Of a stretch of DNA of 64,000 bases, positions 27,962 through 37,142 are shown one piece after another. Position 1 is the first letter of the stretch. Each line of letters begins with the position of its first letter. Below the pieces are notes generated by a model, which ran no database searches, was not told the origin of the DNA, and worked only from the letters and a program-made list of their open reading frames with translations. The stretch lies in NCBI GenBank assembly GCA_050633245.1, contig JBOEGD010000018.1:188084-252083 (forward strand), given 5' to 3'. Source of the DNA: Calditrichia bacterium. GTDB taxonomy: Bacteria; Calditrichota; Calditrichia; RBG-13-44-9; J075. The position numbers and the translations under genes were made by a program.

Positions 27962-28779
27962 TATAATCCGAATAAACTATGATTATTTGTTACAAATCTA
28001 GCAGCTCCCGCATATTCACTCGAATCGTCGATAAAACTTTGTAATAGATTTTGCTCAAGCTGATCTGCTGCTTCAATATGGTTATCCGTTCTGAGCTCAT
28101 TGATAACTTTGATTAACTCAATTACCCGCTTGACTGCGATAAGTCTATTCACAATTAACCTGCGTCTATTAAGATTACAGACAGCTATTGTTGCTTTCCC
28201 ACGCGTGTTGTTGTTTATTTCATAGATTTCTCCAAGTAAGTTAAAGCCCAAATATTCTTCAGGGCTATCATTGCAAGGATCTAACAGCAGTGGTTCCTCA
28301 TTATTTAAGTTCGAGTTCGGCATCATAGCGCGATTCTGCTCGTCGACTATTGGAAATTGATCCAGTTTTCCAGCGGCAGGTCCTTGTGCAAGATCTCCCC
28401 AACGGGCTTTATCCGTGCGACGTTGATTGCAATGTTGGCAAGAAGGATATAAGTTGTCCCATGTGTAAGCAAGCCAATAGTATCCCGGATGATTGTCTCG
28501 TTCAGCTACGCGCCCTTTAGGGCGATAATGTTCAACATCCCAGTCTGCTCCTGGGTTCATCTTCCATTCGCAATAAGCACATTTATCATAGAAGAGCTCC
28601 TCAAGGGCAACACGCACTTGAGTGTCCTTATAGAGATTAGAAACACTATGAGCAGCCCCTTCTCGGATTGCAGTTTGTGTAGCAGTTGCTGCACTTCTAA
28701 CCCATTGCTGGTTAGGTCGAATGGGTGTGCCATTTTCATTAGCGCGGTTTCGGTCGATTCTTATCATGGAATGTTTCAA
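27958..28779 (-). CDS. ptuB: HNH endonuclease, PtuB/Septu (TIGR02646-like); likely ATG start at 28767
   Basis: KCAYCE...DVEHYRPKG...YYWLAYTWDNLYPSCQHCNQ...PLLLDP; directly downstream of an ABC-type ATPase. Confidence 0.75.
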   Translation of the reverse strand: MKHSMIRIDRNRANENGTPIRPNQQWVRSAATATQTAIREGAAHSVSNLYKDTQVRVALEELFYDKCAYCEWKMNPGADWDVEHYRPKGRVAERDNHPGYYWLAYTWDNLYPSCQHCNQRRTDKARWGDLAQGPAAGKLDQFPIVDEQNRAMMPNSNLNNEEPLLLDPCNDSPEEYLGFNLLGEIYEINNNTRGKATIAVCNLNRRRLIVNRLIAVKRVIELIKVINELRTDNHIEAADQLEQNLLQSFIDDSSEYAGAARFVTNNHSLFGLY

Positions 28780-30041
28780 ATATTATATTTTTTTCGGATA
28801 TCACGAAGTTCAGCTAAAATGGGGTCTTCTTCGAGCACAGGCTTTTGAAGCTGTTTTAAGTCCTTAACAAGTTTTGAAAGTTTTTTCTTTTGGTTATCTG
28901 TTCTTGATTCCGGGGACTCCTTAAGAATTTTTCGATAATCCTCCAACTTCTTATTTAGGTCTGGCTTATGGACACCAGTATTAAAATAGTCTTCATCGAG
29001 AAGAATGTCTTCAGCAGAATACCACTCTGAATTAGGCAAATCCGTTATTGCTTCGATACGATTATTGTTTCGTTTAAAACTTATTATTTCCTCTGCCTTC
29101 GCGCCAAGGGTTAATAATGGGCTATGTGTTGTCATAAGAAGTTGAACCTTTGGAAAAAGCTTTTTGAGCTTTAGAGGGAGGGTTGCCTGTAATTCGGGAT
29201 GTAAATGCTGTTCAAGTTCATCAATAAGCAGGATTCCGTGAATATCGCCATTTTCATCGATAGCGTCCGCTCGCATTGCCCAAGCGTAAAAGTCCATAAT
29301 CCAGGTAAAAGTTTTCAAATATCCATCTGCCCAGGCATTAAGAGGAATATCGATGCCTGTTGAAGGGGTGCTTATGATAATGCCCCCTCCTTTGGGGAGT
29401 TTAATCGAGTCTTTGGTTTTTAATCCCAAAACATTTTTAATTTTTTTGAGTATAGATTTGTAAAAAGCTGAATCTCTAAAATCCTGAAGTCTTCTAAGCG
29501 TCAATTCTGTATCAATCAAGGGAGTGGAATAATCAAATAAAGTTGATACAGAGTCGGCTATTCTATACGGACGAAAATTATCTGAACTTGCCCCTGAGCG
29601 GCCGGCTCCATAAGCACATACAAACAAGTCGGAGGATTGCAGATACTCGGCTGTGTCTTCTTTTATCTGAAGATGTTCCCCGCCTACAAGAGTTTCCCGA
29701 GAAATACCCGAAACAACACTTTTACCTGATACGTTTTTTAAGAATGCTTTATGAATTATTTTGTCACTAAAGCCATATTTGCATATCGTGATAGTGATTA
29801 ATGCTTCTTCTGAGCCTTCACGAATAAGTGCGCCGATATCTTCTGCCAATAATGCATTACCATCAGCTGCGTCGCATAAACCAATAACGATTGACCTGAG
29901 CAGCGTCGTTTTTCCGGTACCGTTTTTTCCGATAAATAACGTTTGTGTCGGCGTCTTTTGGGATTCCTTGTCTCCCAGAACCAGATGCAGGTCTTTAAAG
30001 CCACGAATGTTCTTCAAAGATATTTCAGAAATATAGGCCAT
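28776..30041 (-). CDS. ptuA: ABC/AAA_21 ATPase, PtuA/Septu-like
   Basis: ISLKNIRGF; Walker A GKNGTGKT; YGAGR; signature WADGY; Walker B GILLIDELEQHLHP; TTHSP. Confidence 0.75.
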   Translation of the reverse strand: MAYISEISLKNIRGFKDLHLVLGDKESQKTPTQTLFIGKNGTGKTTLLRSIVIGLCDAADGNALLAEDIGALIREGSEEALITITICKYGFSDKIIHKAFLKNVSGKSVVSGISRETLVGGEHLQIKEDTAEYLQSSDLFVCAYGAGRSGASSDNFRPYRIADSVSTLFDYSTPLIDTELTLRRLQDFRDSAFYKSILKKIKNVLGLKTKDSIKLPKGGGIIISTPSTGIDIPLNAWADGYLKTFTWIMDFYAWAMRADAIDENGDIHGILLIDELEQHLHPELQATLPLKLKKLFPKVQLLMTTHSPLLTLGAKAEEIISFKRNNNRIEAITDLPNSEWYSAEDILLDEDYFNTGVHKPDLNKKLEDYRKILKESPESRTDNQKKKLSKLVKDLKQLQKPVLEEDPILAELRDIRKKYNI

Positions 30042-30152
30042 TATTATCTTTCATGTTTTTCTGAACCTTTCCCATAATAGGCTTTTTGTAATGCAAAATC
30101 AATTCCAACTTTCCTATTGTCAATCGAAATTGCAAATTCTTTACTGGCATTT

Positions 30153-30167
30153 ATGAACAGTGTTCAT
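30153..30167. promoter_or_regulatory. Palindromic operator upstream of the fatty-acid degradation genes
   Basis: ATGAACA-G-TGTTCAT perfect inverted repeat about 60 bp before the acyl-CoA dehydrogenase start. Confidence 0.55.
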
Positions 30168-30229
30168 TATCTTGAAAAATCGAACGCGTAGTCAAATAAA
30201 TGTTTTACCCAGACCCACCGGAGGCAACA

Positions 30230-32041
30230 ATGGCAGATAAATATATTCGCATGGAAGAACTAAAATTTTTACTCCATGAGGTTCACAGTCTTGAGGAACT
30301 ACTGCAGCACGAGCGATTTCAGGATTATGACTCTGAGTCCATTGACATTCTTTTGCAGTCCGTTAAAGAATTTGCCGACACCGAGATGTTCCCATATATC
30401 CAGGAAATGGATGAGAAGCCCGCCCGCTATGAAGACGGCAAAATTATTGTTCACCCGCAGATAAAGACCATGATGGAACAGGGTGGAGAAATGGGTCTGA
30501 TTGGCGCCACTTTCGATGAGGCCGACGGCGGAATGCAGCTTCCAACAACGGTTGATGTGCTGGCACATACCATTATGGAGTCTGCAAACAATCACATGAC
30601 CGGCTACATTGGTCTAACCGCCGGTGCCGCGCATTTGATCGCTTCTTTTGGCAGCGACGAACTGAAAGAACGTTTTATTCCAGACATGCTCGCAGGTAAA
30701 TGGGGCGGGACCATGGCGCTTACCGAGCCACAGGCCGGTAGTTCACTGTCCGATATCACGACTTCAGCAACTCCCAATGAAGATGGTTCTTACAACATCA
30801 TCGGGCAGAAGATATTTATCTCCGGCGGCGATCATGAATACAGCGAAAACTTTGTTCATCTAACGCTGGTTCGCATTGATGGTGCACCAGCCGGAACGAA
30901 AGGCATTTCACTCTTCGCAATTCCAAAAAATCGCAAGACAGCTGACGGCACTTTGGAATGGAATGATGTGGTTACGGCAGCAGACTTCCAAAAAATGGGG
31001 CAGCGCGGCTATTGCACGACGCACCTCTCGTTTGGCGAGAACAATGATTGTCGCGGTTGGCTTGTAGGGCAGCCAAATCGTGGACTAAGCTATATGTTTC
31101 AGATGATGAACGGCGCTCGCATTGCTGTAGGCAATTCCGCAACCAGTGTAACGATCGCCGCCTACTACGCATCATTGCAGTATGCGCTTGAGCGTCCGCA
31201 GGGACGCCGCCTGAGCAATGGTGGAAGCAAAGATTTGAATCAAGATCAAACGTTGATTATCAATCACCCGGATGTACGACGCATGCTGCTACTTCAGAAA
31301 TCCATCTGGATGGGGGCACTAAGCCTGGTTCTGCAAGCGGCGCGCTATCAGGACATGAAGAGCGTTACTGATGGTGATGAGAAAGAAATGTACGACCTGC
31401 TGTTGGAAATTCTGACCCCTATTGCTAAAACATTTCCTTCCGAGATGGGGCAAGTTGCAGTAAGCAATGGTGTGCAGGTGCTTGGTGGCTACGGATATTG
31501 CACCGATTTCATTCTGCAACAGTATTATCGCGACGTACGTATTATGGCGATTTATGAGGGAACTACCGGAATACAATCTTTGGATTTACTCGGTCGAAAG
31601 ATCACCATGCATAATGGTAAAGCCATGAAGCTGCTGGCCAAACAAATGATGGAAACCATCAGTGAAGCAACGACTTATGATGAATTGAAACCATATGCCG
31701 CAGATCTGGGTGAGAAGCTCGCCTTAAATAAGCAGGTTCTGGAAACGCTGATTCCGTTTGCTGTTGAAGGCGACCATGAACGCTTTCTTGCCGACGCTTC
31801 TGTTTATATGGAATTCCTGTCTACCCTTGTTGTGGGCTGGCAGTGGTTGAAGATGGCCACGACGGCAAAACGTGCTGAAGTGCTGGGCACAAAGGCATCG
31901 ACAGAGGACATTTATGAGGGAGCGATTCATACCATGCGTTTTTACTTCAAATATGAGATGACCAAAACCACCGGATTGGCGCAAACATTAATGGATCCAA
32001 ATGTCCTGACCGTTCTTTCTTCAAAAGAAATGATTCAATAA
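30230..32041 (+). CDS. Acyl-CoA dehydrogenase (~600-aa FadE5/DmdC-like class)
   Basis: GTMALTEPQAGSSL; GQKIFISGG; GAPAGTKGISLF; MFQMMNGAR; GVQVLGGYGY; IYEGTTGIQSLDLLGRK; ATG at 30230 after GGAGG. Confidence 0.92.
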   Translation: MADKYIRMEELKFLLHEVHSLEELLQHERFQDYDSESIDILLQSVKEFADTEMFPYIQEMDEKPARYEDGKIIVHPQIKTMMEQGGEMGLIGATFDEADGGMQLPTTVDVLAHTIMESANNHMTGYIGLTAGAAHLIASFGSDELKERFIPDMLAGKWGGTMALTEPQAGSSLSDITTSATPNEDGSYNIIGQKIFISGGDHEYSENFVHLTLVRIDGAPAGTKGISLFAIPKNRKTADGTLEWNDVVTAADFQKMGQRGYCTTHLSFGENNDCRGWLVGQPNRGLSYMFQMMNGARIAVGNSATSVTIAAYYASLQYALERPQGRRLSNGGSKDLNQDQTLIINHPDVRRMLLLQKSIWMGALSLVLQAARYQDMKSVTDGDEKEMYDLLLEILTPIAKTFPSEMGQVAVSNGVQVLGGYGYCTDFILQQYYRDVRIMAIYEGTTGIQSLDLLGRKITMHNGKAMKLLAKQMMETISEATTYDELKPYAADLGEKLALNKQVLETLIPFAVEGDHERFLADASVYMEFLSTLVVGWQWLKMATTAKRAEVLGTKASTEDIYEGAIHTMRFYFKYEMTKTTGLAQTLMDPNVLTVLSSKEMIQ

Positions 32042-32802
32042 TGACTAATTTCGATTTTAGCGATAAGGTTGTTCTGATAACCGGCGCCGGCTCCGGTATC
32101 GGTCGCGCAGCGGCCATTGCTTTTGCCCGGGCCGGAGCGAAGGTTATGGCCACCGACATCAATGGCGACTCGGCTGCCAAAACTGTTGCAGATATTGTTG
32201 CTGATGGCAGCCAGGCGTTTTCAGCTACACTCGATGTTGCCAATCATGCGGATGTAAAAAAAACTGTCGAAGCGACGGTTGCACAACTTGGTCGTCTTGA
32301 CATTGCTCTGAATAACGCTGGTATTGGCGGTGAGGTTCGTCGAACTTCTGATGTTACACTGGAAGATTGGGATCGCGTAATAGCTGTGAATCAAACCGGT
32401 GTTTTCTACTGTATGCGTGAAGAACTAAAGCAGATGCAGCAGCAGGAAAGCGGCGTAATCGTTAACGTTGCCTCGATCGCCGGAATGAAGGCGCTTCCCA
32501 AACAAATGGCCTATACGGCAAGCAAGCATGCGGTTATTGGTATGACGAAAGCCGCTGCTCTGGAATACGCTCAACGCAATATCCGTATCAATGCGGTTTG
32601 TCCGGTATTCACCCGTTCTGCATTGCTGGAAGAGCTTTTTTCTCATCGCGAAGGAATTGAGCAACAATTACTGCGTGGTATTCCGGTCGGGCGCTTCGGC
32701 GAACCTGCAGATATCGTCAATGCTATTCTTTGGCTTTCTGCGGAACAGTCTTCCTTTATTACAGGACTCAGTTTACCTGTTGATGGCGGACAAACCGCTT
32801 AG
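32041..32802 (+). CDS. SDR family oxidoreductase
   Basis: TGAGSGIG, NNAG, YTASK catalytic motif, PVDGG. Confidence 0.92.
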   Translation: MTNFDFSDKVVLITGAGSGIGRAAAIAFARAGAKVMATDINGDSAAKTVADIVADGSQAFSATLDVANHADVKKTVEATVAQLGRLDIALNNAGIGGEVRRTSDVTLEDWDRVIAVNQTGVFYCMREELKQMQQQESGVIVNVASIAGMKALPKQMAYTASKHAVIGMTKAAALEYAQRNIRINAVCPVFTRSALLEELFSHREGIEQQLLRGIPVGRFGEPADIVNAILWLSAEQSSFITGLSLPVDGGQTA

Positions 32803-32883
32803 ACTTCCTTGCACCTTTCGGTTTTTTTTGTAGCTTAGACTATCGACTTTTCTTTTGTGCACTTATTCTAAAGGAATTCCACT

Positions 32884-34431
32884 ATGCTCAATCTTTCCGT
32901 TATTCTGGAAGATAGCGCTCGTCGCTATCCAGATAGTTCCGCGTTTACTTTCGGCGATACCACGCTCAACTTTATGCAGATAAATGCAGCTGCCAATCAG
33001 GTCGCTAATGGCCTGATAAGTCGTGGAATAAAACCAGGGGATAAGGTTGCACTAAGTTGTTTAAACCTGCCCTATTTTCCCATCGTTTATTTTGGCATTC
33101 TTAAAGCCGGCGCCGCGGTTGTGCCGCTAAGCGTGCTGTTAAAAAAAGATGAGATTGCCTATCACCTGAAAGATAGCGATGCGAAGGCCTACTTCTGCTT
33201 TGTGGGAACAGAAGATTTGCCGATGGGCAGTATGGGATACGCCGGCTTTCAAGAAGCTGATGCATGCGAGCAATTTTACATGATCATGCCTACTCCTGAC
33301 ATGCCATCACCAATTGAAGGGGCTGCCACGCTCGCATCCTTAATGACGGGGCAACCCCCAACCTGTGATGTCGTTGAAACTGCTGCCGATGATACTGCAT
33401 TAATCATCTACACCTCCGGGACAACCGGTACGCCAAAAGGAGCCGAGTTAACCCACACCGGTTTGCTGACAAATGCGATTCTCTCTGCCGAACTGATGCA
33501 GCTGCTAAAGGATGACAGGCAGTTGATCGTACTGCCGCTATTCCATATTTTTGCCATGACTGTGCTGATGAACGCCGGCATCTACCGTGGAGCGCATAGC
33601 GTACTGCTGCCTCGTTTTGATGCAAAGGCCGTTTTTGGACTTCTTCAAAAACATCAAATTACAATATATGCCGGCGTACCAACTATGTATTGGGGACTGC
33701 TGAACTACACGGCTGATGACTTTGATTATGATGCGATCAGCAAAAACCTACGCATCTGTGTTTCCGGTGGCGCTTCATTGCCGGTTACTGTTCTGGAAGA
33801 TTTTGAAAAGCGTTTTAACGTGCCGATTCTGGAAGGCTACGGAATGTCTGAAGGCTCTCCGGTTGTTACGTTCAACCACCTGTACCAAGAGCGTAAGCCC
33901 GGCTCTATCGGAACGCCGGTTTGGGGTTGCGAAGTGAAGCTGGTAGATGATAATGACAATGAAGTTCCTGTTGGCGAAAAGGGTGAGCTGCTTTATCGCG
34001 GGCCAAATGTTATGAAGGGCTACTACAAAAAGCCGGAAGCCAATGCAGAGACACTGAGAGGCGGCTGGCTGCATTCCGGTGATGTTGCGGTAAAAGATGA
34101 AGATGGTTACTTTTATATTGTTGATCGTACCAAAGATATGATTATTCGCGGAGGTCTGAATATCTATCCTCGTGAGGTTGAGGACGTGATGATGAAGCAT
34201 GAGGCCGTTTCAATGGTAGCTGTTGTTGGCATGCCACACGACGAGTTTGGTGAAGAAGTGAAGGCCTTTGTGGTGTTGAAAGACGGCACCTCGGTTTCTG
34301 ATGAGACACTCATCGCATGGACAAAGGAGCATATCGCTGCCTATAAGTATCCCCGGGAAGTGGCAATTGTGGACGCCTTACCAATGAGTGCTACCGGTAA
34401 GATCCTCAAAAAAGAGCTACGACGTATCTGA
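32884..34431 (+). CDS. fadD: Long-chain fatty-acid--CoA ligase
   Basis: IYTSGTTGTPKGA, EGYGMSE, GWLHSGD, IVDRTKDMIIRGG, ATGKILK. Confidence 0.88.
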   Translation: MLNLSVILEDSARRYPDSSAFTFGDTTLNFMQINAAANQVANGLISRGIKPGDKVALSCLNLPYFPIVYFGILKAGAAVVPLSVLLKKDEIAYHLKDSDAKAYFCFVGTEDLPMGSMGYAGFQEADACEQFYMIMPTPDMPSPIEGAATLASLMTGQPPTCDVVETAADDTALIIYTSGTTGTPKGAELTHTGLLTNAILSAELMQLLKDDRQLIVLPLFHIFAMTVLMNAGIYRGAHSVLLPRFDAKAVFGLLQKHQITIYAGVPTMYWGLLNYTADDFDYDAISKNLRICVSGGASLPVTVLEDFEKRFNVPILEGYGMSEGSPVVTFNHLYQERKPGSIGTPVWGCEVKLVDDNDNEVPVGEKGELLYRGPNVMKGYYKKPEANAETLRGGWLHSGDVAVKDEDGYFYIVDRTKDMIIRGGLNIYPREVEDVMMKHEAVSMVAVVGMPHDEFGEEVKAFVVLKDGTSVSDETLIAWTKEHIAAYKYPREVAIVDALPMSATGKILKKELRRI

Positions 34432-34455
34432 TAGTCATCACTTGCTAAATGTTTT

Positions 34456-34505
34456 AAGTCCCCGTATGTTATGGTTCTACTAACCAGATATACGGGGACT
34501 TTTTT
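34456..34505 (+). terminator. Long hairpin/terminator after fadD, ending at the next start codon
   Basis: AAGTCCCCGTAT...ATACGGGGACTT with inner TGGTT/AACCA stem, followed by a T-run. Confidence 0.7.
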
Positions 34506-36467
34506 ATGCGTCTAATGATAATGCTCTTTGTTGCCCTAGTTCTATTTTCTTCCTGTAAACCCACAATGGTCGACACAATGGAGAGAGACCTCCGTCGTGC
34601 GCTGCTGGATCCTGATTCCAGTGGACGTCTGCTGGTCGATTTACATGTACGCCAGGCGGAAACGAATCGTCCGATAGAAGGTGCTATTCTCTATCTAAAG
34701 AACGAACGGGTAGCCTCAAGGAGTGATTTAAAAGGAAAAGTGTATTTCCGAGGCCGGACGATGGATGAGCTATTAGCCGATACGTTAGTAGTAACAGCTA
34801 AGAATCATACGACACAGCGTTTCAGCATGCGTGATGTGTTGGGGAAATCCGAAACAGATACTTTTGCCGATACAGCACTTTTTCTTCCCTACAATGCAGA
34901 CCTGGTGAACCCGGTGGAAGCAGCGATGCAGTTTACCAAAGCAGATACGCTGCGCGGCAGCTATGGAGCGCTTCGCATTAACACGGATATAAAGCATTAT
35001 GATTTACGGATTCGTCTTGATGTTGAGAAGAAATATCTCTCAGGAAATAACGTAATCACCTTTTTAATGTTGCGACCGGCAACGCGCATTCAGATCGATC
35101 TCTTCGACAACATGGCGGTAGACAGTATTTTATTCAATGGAGAAAAACTCAGTTATAAGAGGAAATTTAATGCGGTATTTGTCGATTTCCCGCAACAACT
35201 TCAGATTGGCATGACCTACAGCATTGATTTTCATTATTCGGGACATCCACTTGAAACCGGGCGCTTTGGTGGAATTGCCTACAAGGCCGACTCGCTTGGG
35301 AATCCCTGGATTTACACGGCGTGTCAGGGCACTGGCGCCAGCCTTTGGTGGCCGAACAAAGACCAGGCCCCAGATGAGCCAGACAGCATGCGAATGCGGG
35401 TTATTGTACCTTCAGATCTCGTAGATGCTTCAAACGGCAGGCTGCAAAAAGTAACCGACCTCGGTGACGGAACCAGCGAATACGATTGGAAAATTCACTA
35501 TCCGATAAACAACTATTGCGTTTCGCTGAACATTGGAAAATATACGCACTATGAGGAATCGCTGGGAGATGTTAGCATTGATTATTATGTGCAGCCCTAT
35601 CATCTGGAGCAGGCAAAACGTCAGTTTGCCCAGGTTAAACCGATGCTAAAATGTTTTGAAGAAAAGTTTGGTCCCTATCCATTTCCCAAAGATGGCTTTA
35701 AGCTAATCGAAGTGCCATATTCCGGAATGGAACATCAAAGTGCCGTAACCTATGGGAATCTGTTTAAGAACGGTTATCTGGGGCGAGACTGGACCGGCGT
35801 GGGTGTGAGCATGAAGTTTGACTTTATTATAATTCACGAATCCGGGCATGAGTGGTTTGGCAACAGTATAACTGCAAATGACGTTTCCGATGCCTGGATT
35901 CAGGAAGGTTGGACAACCTATTCGGAAGCAGTTTATGTAGAATGCCTTTTTGGGTATAACGATGCAATGGATTATGTAAACGGATACAAGTCCAAGGTGC
36001 AGAATAAACAGCCTATTATTGGATTTCCCGGAGTGAATAAGTGGCCGACATCCGACCAATATTTTAAGGGTGCATTAATACTTAATACTTTTCGCAGCGT
36101 ATTCGACAACGATAAGCTATGGTGGAAGATCATCCGGGAATACAATGATGAATTTCGCTATCAGAATATCTATACGACGGACATCATCAACTTTATGCAC
36201 AGGTATACTGAAATGGATCTGATGCCGTTGTTTCAGCAGTATCTTTACCATGCTGCTTTACCAAAGCTACAGTTTCACCGAGACGGCGAGAATGTTAGCT
36301 ATCGCTGGGACTCTGATGTCGTCGACTTTGCCATGCCGATTGATATTATTGTTTCAAATCGGAAGAAACGCATTTATCCAACCACCAAGTGGCAAACGGA
36401 TAAAGATGCTGCCGAGTGGGTTGTCGATACCGAGCGGTTCTATGTGGATGTTGAGGACAAGCGGTGA
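34506..36467 (+). CDS. M1 family zinc metallo-aminopeptidase, probable lipoprotein
   Basis: GMEHQS exopeptidase motif; HESGHEWFG-x-E zinc motif; YFKGA; lipobox LFSSC. Confidence 0.88.
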   Translation: MRLMIMLFVALVLFSSCKPTMVDTMERDLRRALLDPDSSGRLLVDLHVRQAETNRPIEGAILYLKNERVASRSDLKGKVYFRGRTMDELLADTLVVTAKNHTTQRFSMRDVLGKSETDTFADTALFLPYNADLVNPVEAAMQFTKADTLRGSYGALRINTDIKHYDLRIRLDVEKKYLSGNNVITFLMLRPATRIQIDLFDNMAVDSILFNGEKLSYKRKFNAVFVDFPQQLQIGMTYSIDFHYSGHPLETGRFGGIAYKADSLGNPWIYTACQGTGASLWWPNKDQAPDEPDSMRMRVIVPSDLVDASNGRLQKVTDLGDGTSEYDWKIHYPINNYCVSLNIGKYTHYEESLGDVSIDYYVQPYHLEQAKRQFAQVKPMLKCFEEKFGPYPFPKDGFKLIEVPYSGMEHQSAVTYGNLFKNGYLGRDWTGVGVSMKFDFIIIHESGHEWFGNSITANDVSDAWIQEGWTTYSEAVYVECLFGYNDAMDYVNGYKSKVQNKQPIIGFPGVNKWPTSDQYFKGALILNTFRSVFDNDKLWWKIIREYNDEFRYQNIYTTDIINFMHRYTEMDLMPLFQQYLYHAALPKLQFHRDGENVSYRWDSDVVDFAMPIDIIVSNRKKRIYPTTKWQTDKDAAEWVVDTERFYVDVEDKR

Positions 36468-36469
36468 AT

Positions 36470-36493
36470 AGGCAGCAAGGCAGTAAGGCAGCA
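36470..36493. repeat. Three tandem 8-mers AGGCAG(C/T)A
   Basis: AGGCAGCA AGGCAGTA AGGCAGCA immediately after the peptidase stop. Confidence 0.6.
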
Positions 36494-36536
36494 GAAATGG
36501 TGAAGAGAGTGGGAAATCAGGCGACCGCCCTCCTTG

Positions 36537-36564
36537 GTAAAGACGCAATGCATTGCGTCTCAAC
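36537..36564. repeat. REP-like palindromic element (GTAG-family-like)
   Basis: GTAA-AGACGCAATGCATTGCGTCT-CAAC: perfect 20-bp palindrome with near GTAG/CTAC flanks. Confidence 0.6.
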
Positions 36565-36619
36565 GGTGAAAAACGTCAAAAAAAGGTAATGGGGCACAAT
36601 TGGTTGTCGCTAATGAAAA

Positions 36620-37090
36620 ATGAAAACATCAGCCTCAATATGCTTACTCAAAGCAGATGATCAGTATCTGCTGCTAAAGCGCAATAAAGATCCTTTTGCC
36701 GGGCACTATGTACCGGTCGGCGGTAAGATCGAGTTACATGAAAGCCCGATTGAGGCTGCAGTACGGGAAACACATGAAGAAACCGGAATACGAATTTCAA
36801 CACCGCGTTATTGTGGAACTCTGGTCGAGACCTCGCCGGTAAAATACAATTGGATTCTTTTCGTCTACTGTGCGGAGATTGCTTGGCAGGAACCCGGTTT
36901 TTGCAACGAGGGAGTTTTGGAGTGGATTCATCGGGATGGTTTGCTTGATGTGCCGACTCCGAAGACGGATCTACATATATACGACTATATTCTGCGGCGA
37001 CAAGCGTTTATGTTCAACGCGCATTATGATGAGGATATTAATCTTGTTTCGATGACGGAAGAGATTGAAAATATTAAACTTATTGGCTGA
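36620..37090 (+). CDS. NUDIX hydrolase (MutT-like)
   Basis: Nudix box GGKIELHESPIEAAVRETHEETGI. Confidence 0.9.
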   Translation: MKTSASICLLKADDQYLLLKRNKDPFAGHYVPVGGKIELHESPIEAAVRETHEETGIRISTPRYCGTLVETSPVKYNWILFVYCAEIAWQEPGFCNEGVLEWIHRDGLLDVPTPKTDLHIYDYILRRQAFMFNAHYDEDINLVSMTEEIENIKLIG

Positions 37091-37126
37091 AAAAAGGCCT
37101 CGCTGAATGTCAGCGAGGCCTTTTTT
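37090..37126. terminator. Bidirectional Rho-independent terminator
   Basis: AAAAAAGGCCTCGCTGA-ATG-TCAGCGAGGCCTTTTTT between convergent genes. Confidence 0.9.
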
Positions 37127-37142
37127 GTACTATTGGGTTCGA

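Noticed and set aside
24219-30041. Integrative element or prophage bounded by the excisionase-like gene and the defence pair
   Set aside because: No integrase, transposase, tRNA target or flanking direct repeats seen; the genes between are ordinary
27958-30200. Retron (type I-A) associated with PtuAB
   Set aside because: No reverse transcriptase ORF, and no room or inverted repeats for an msr-msd RNA next to ptuA
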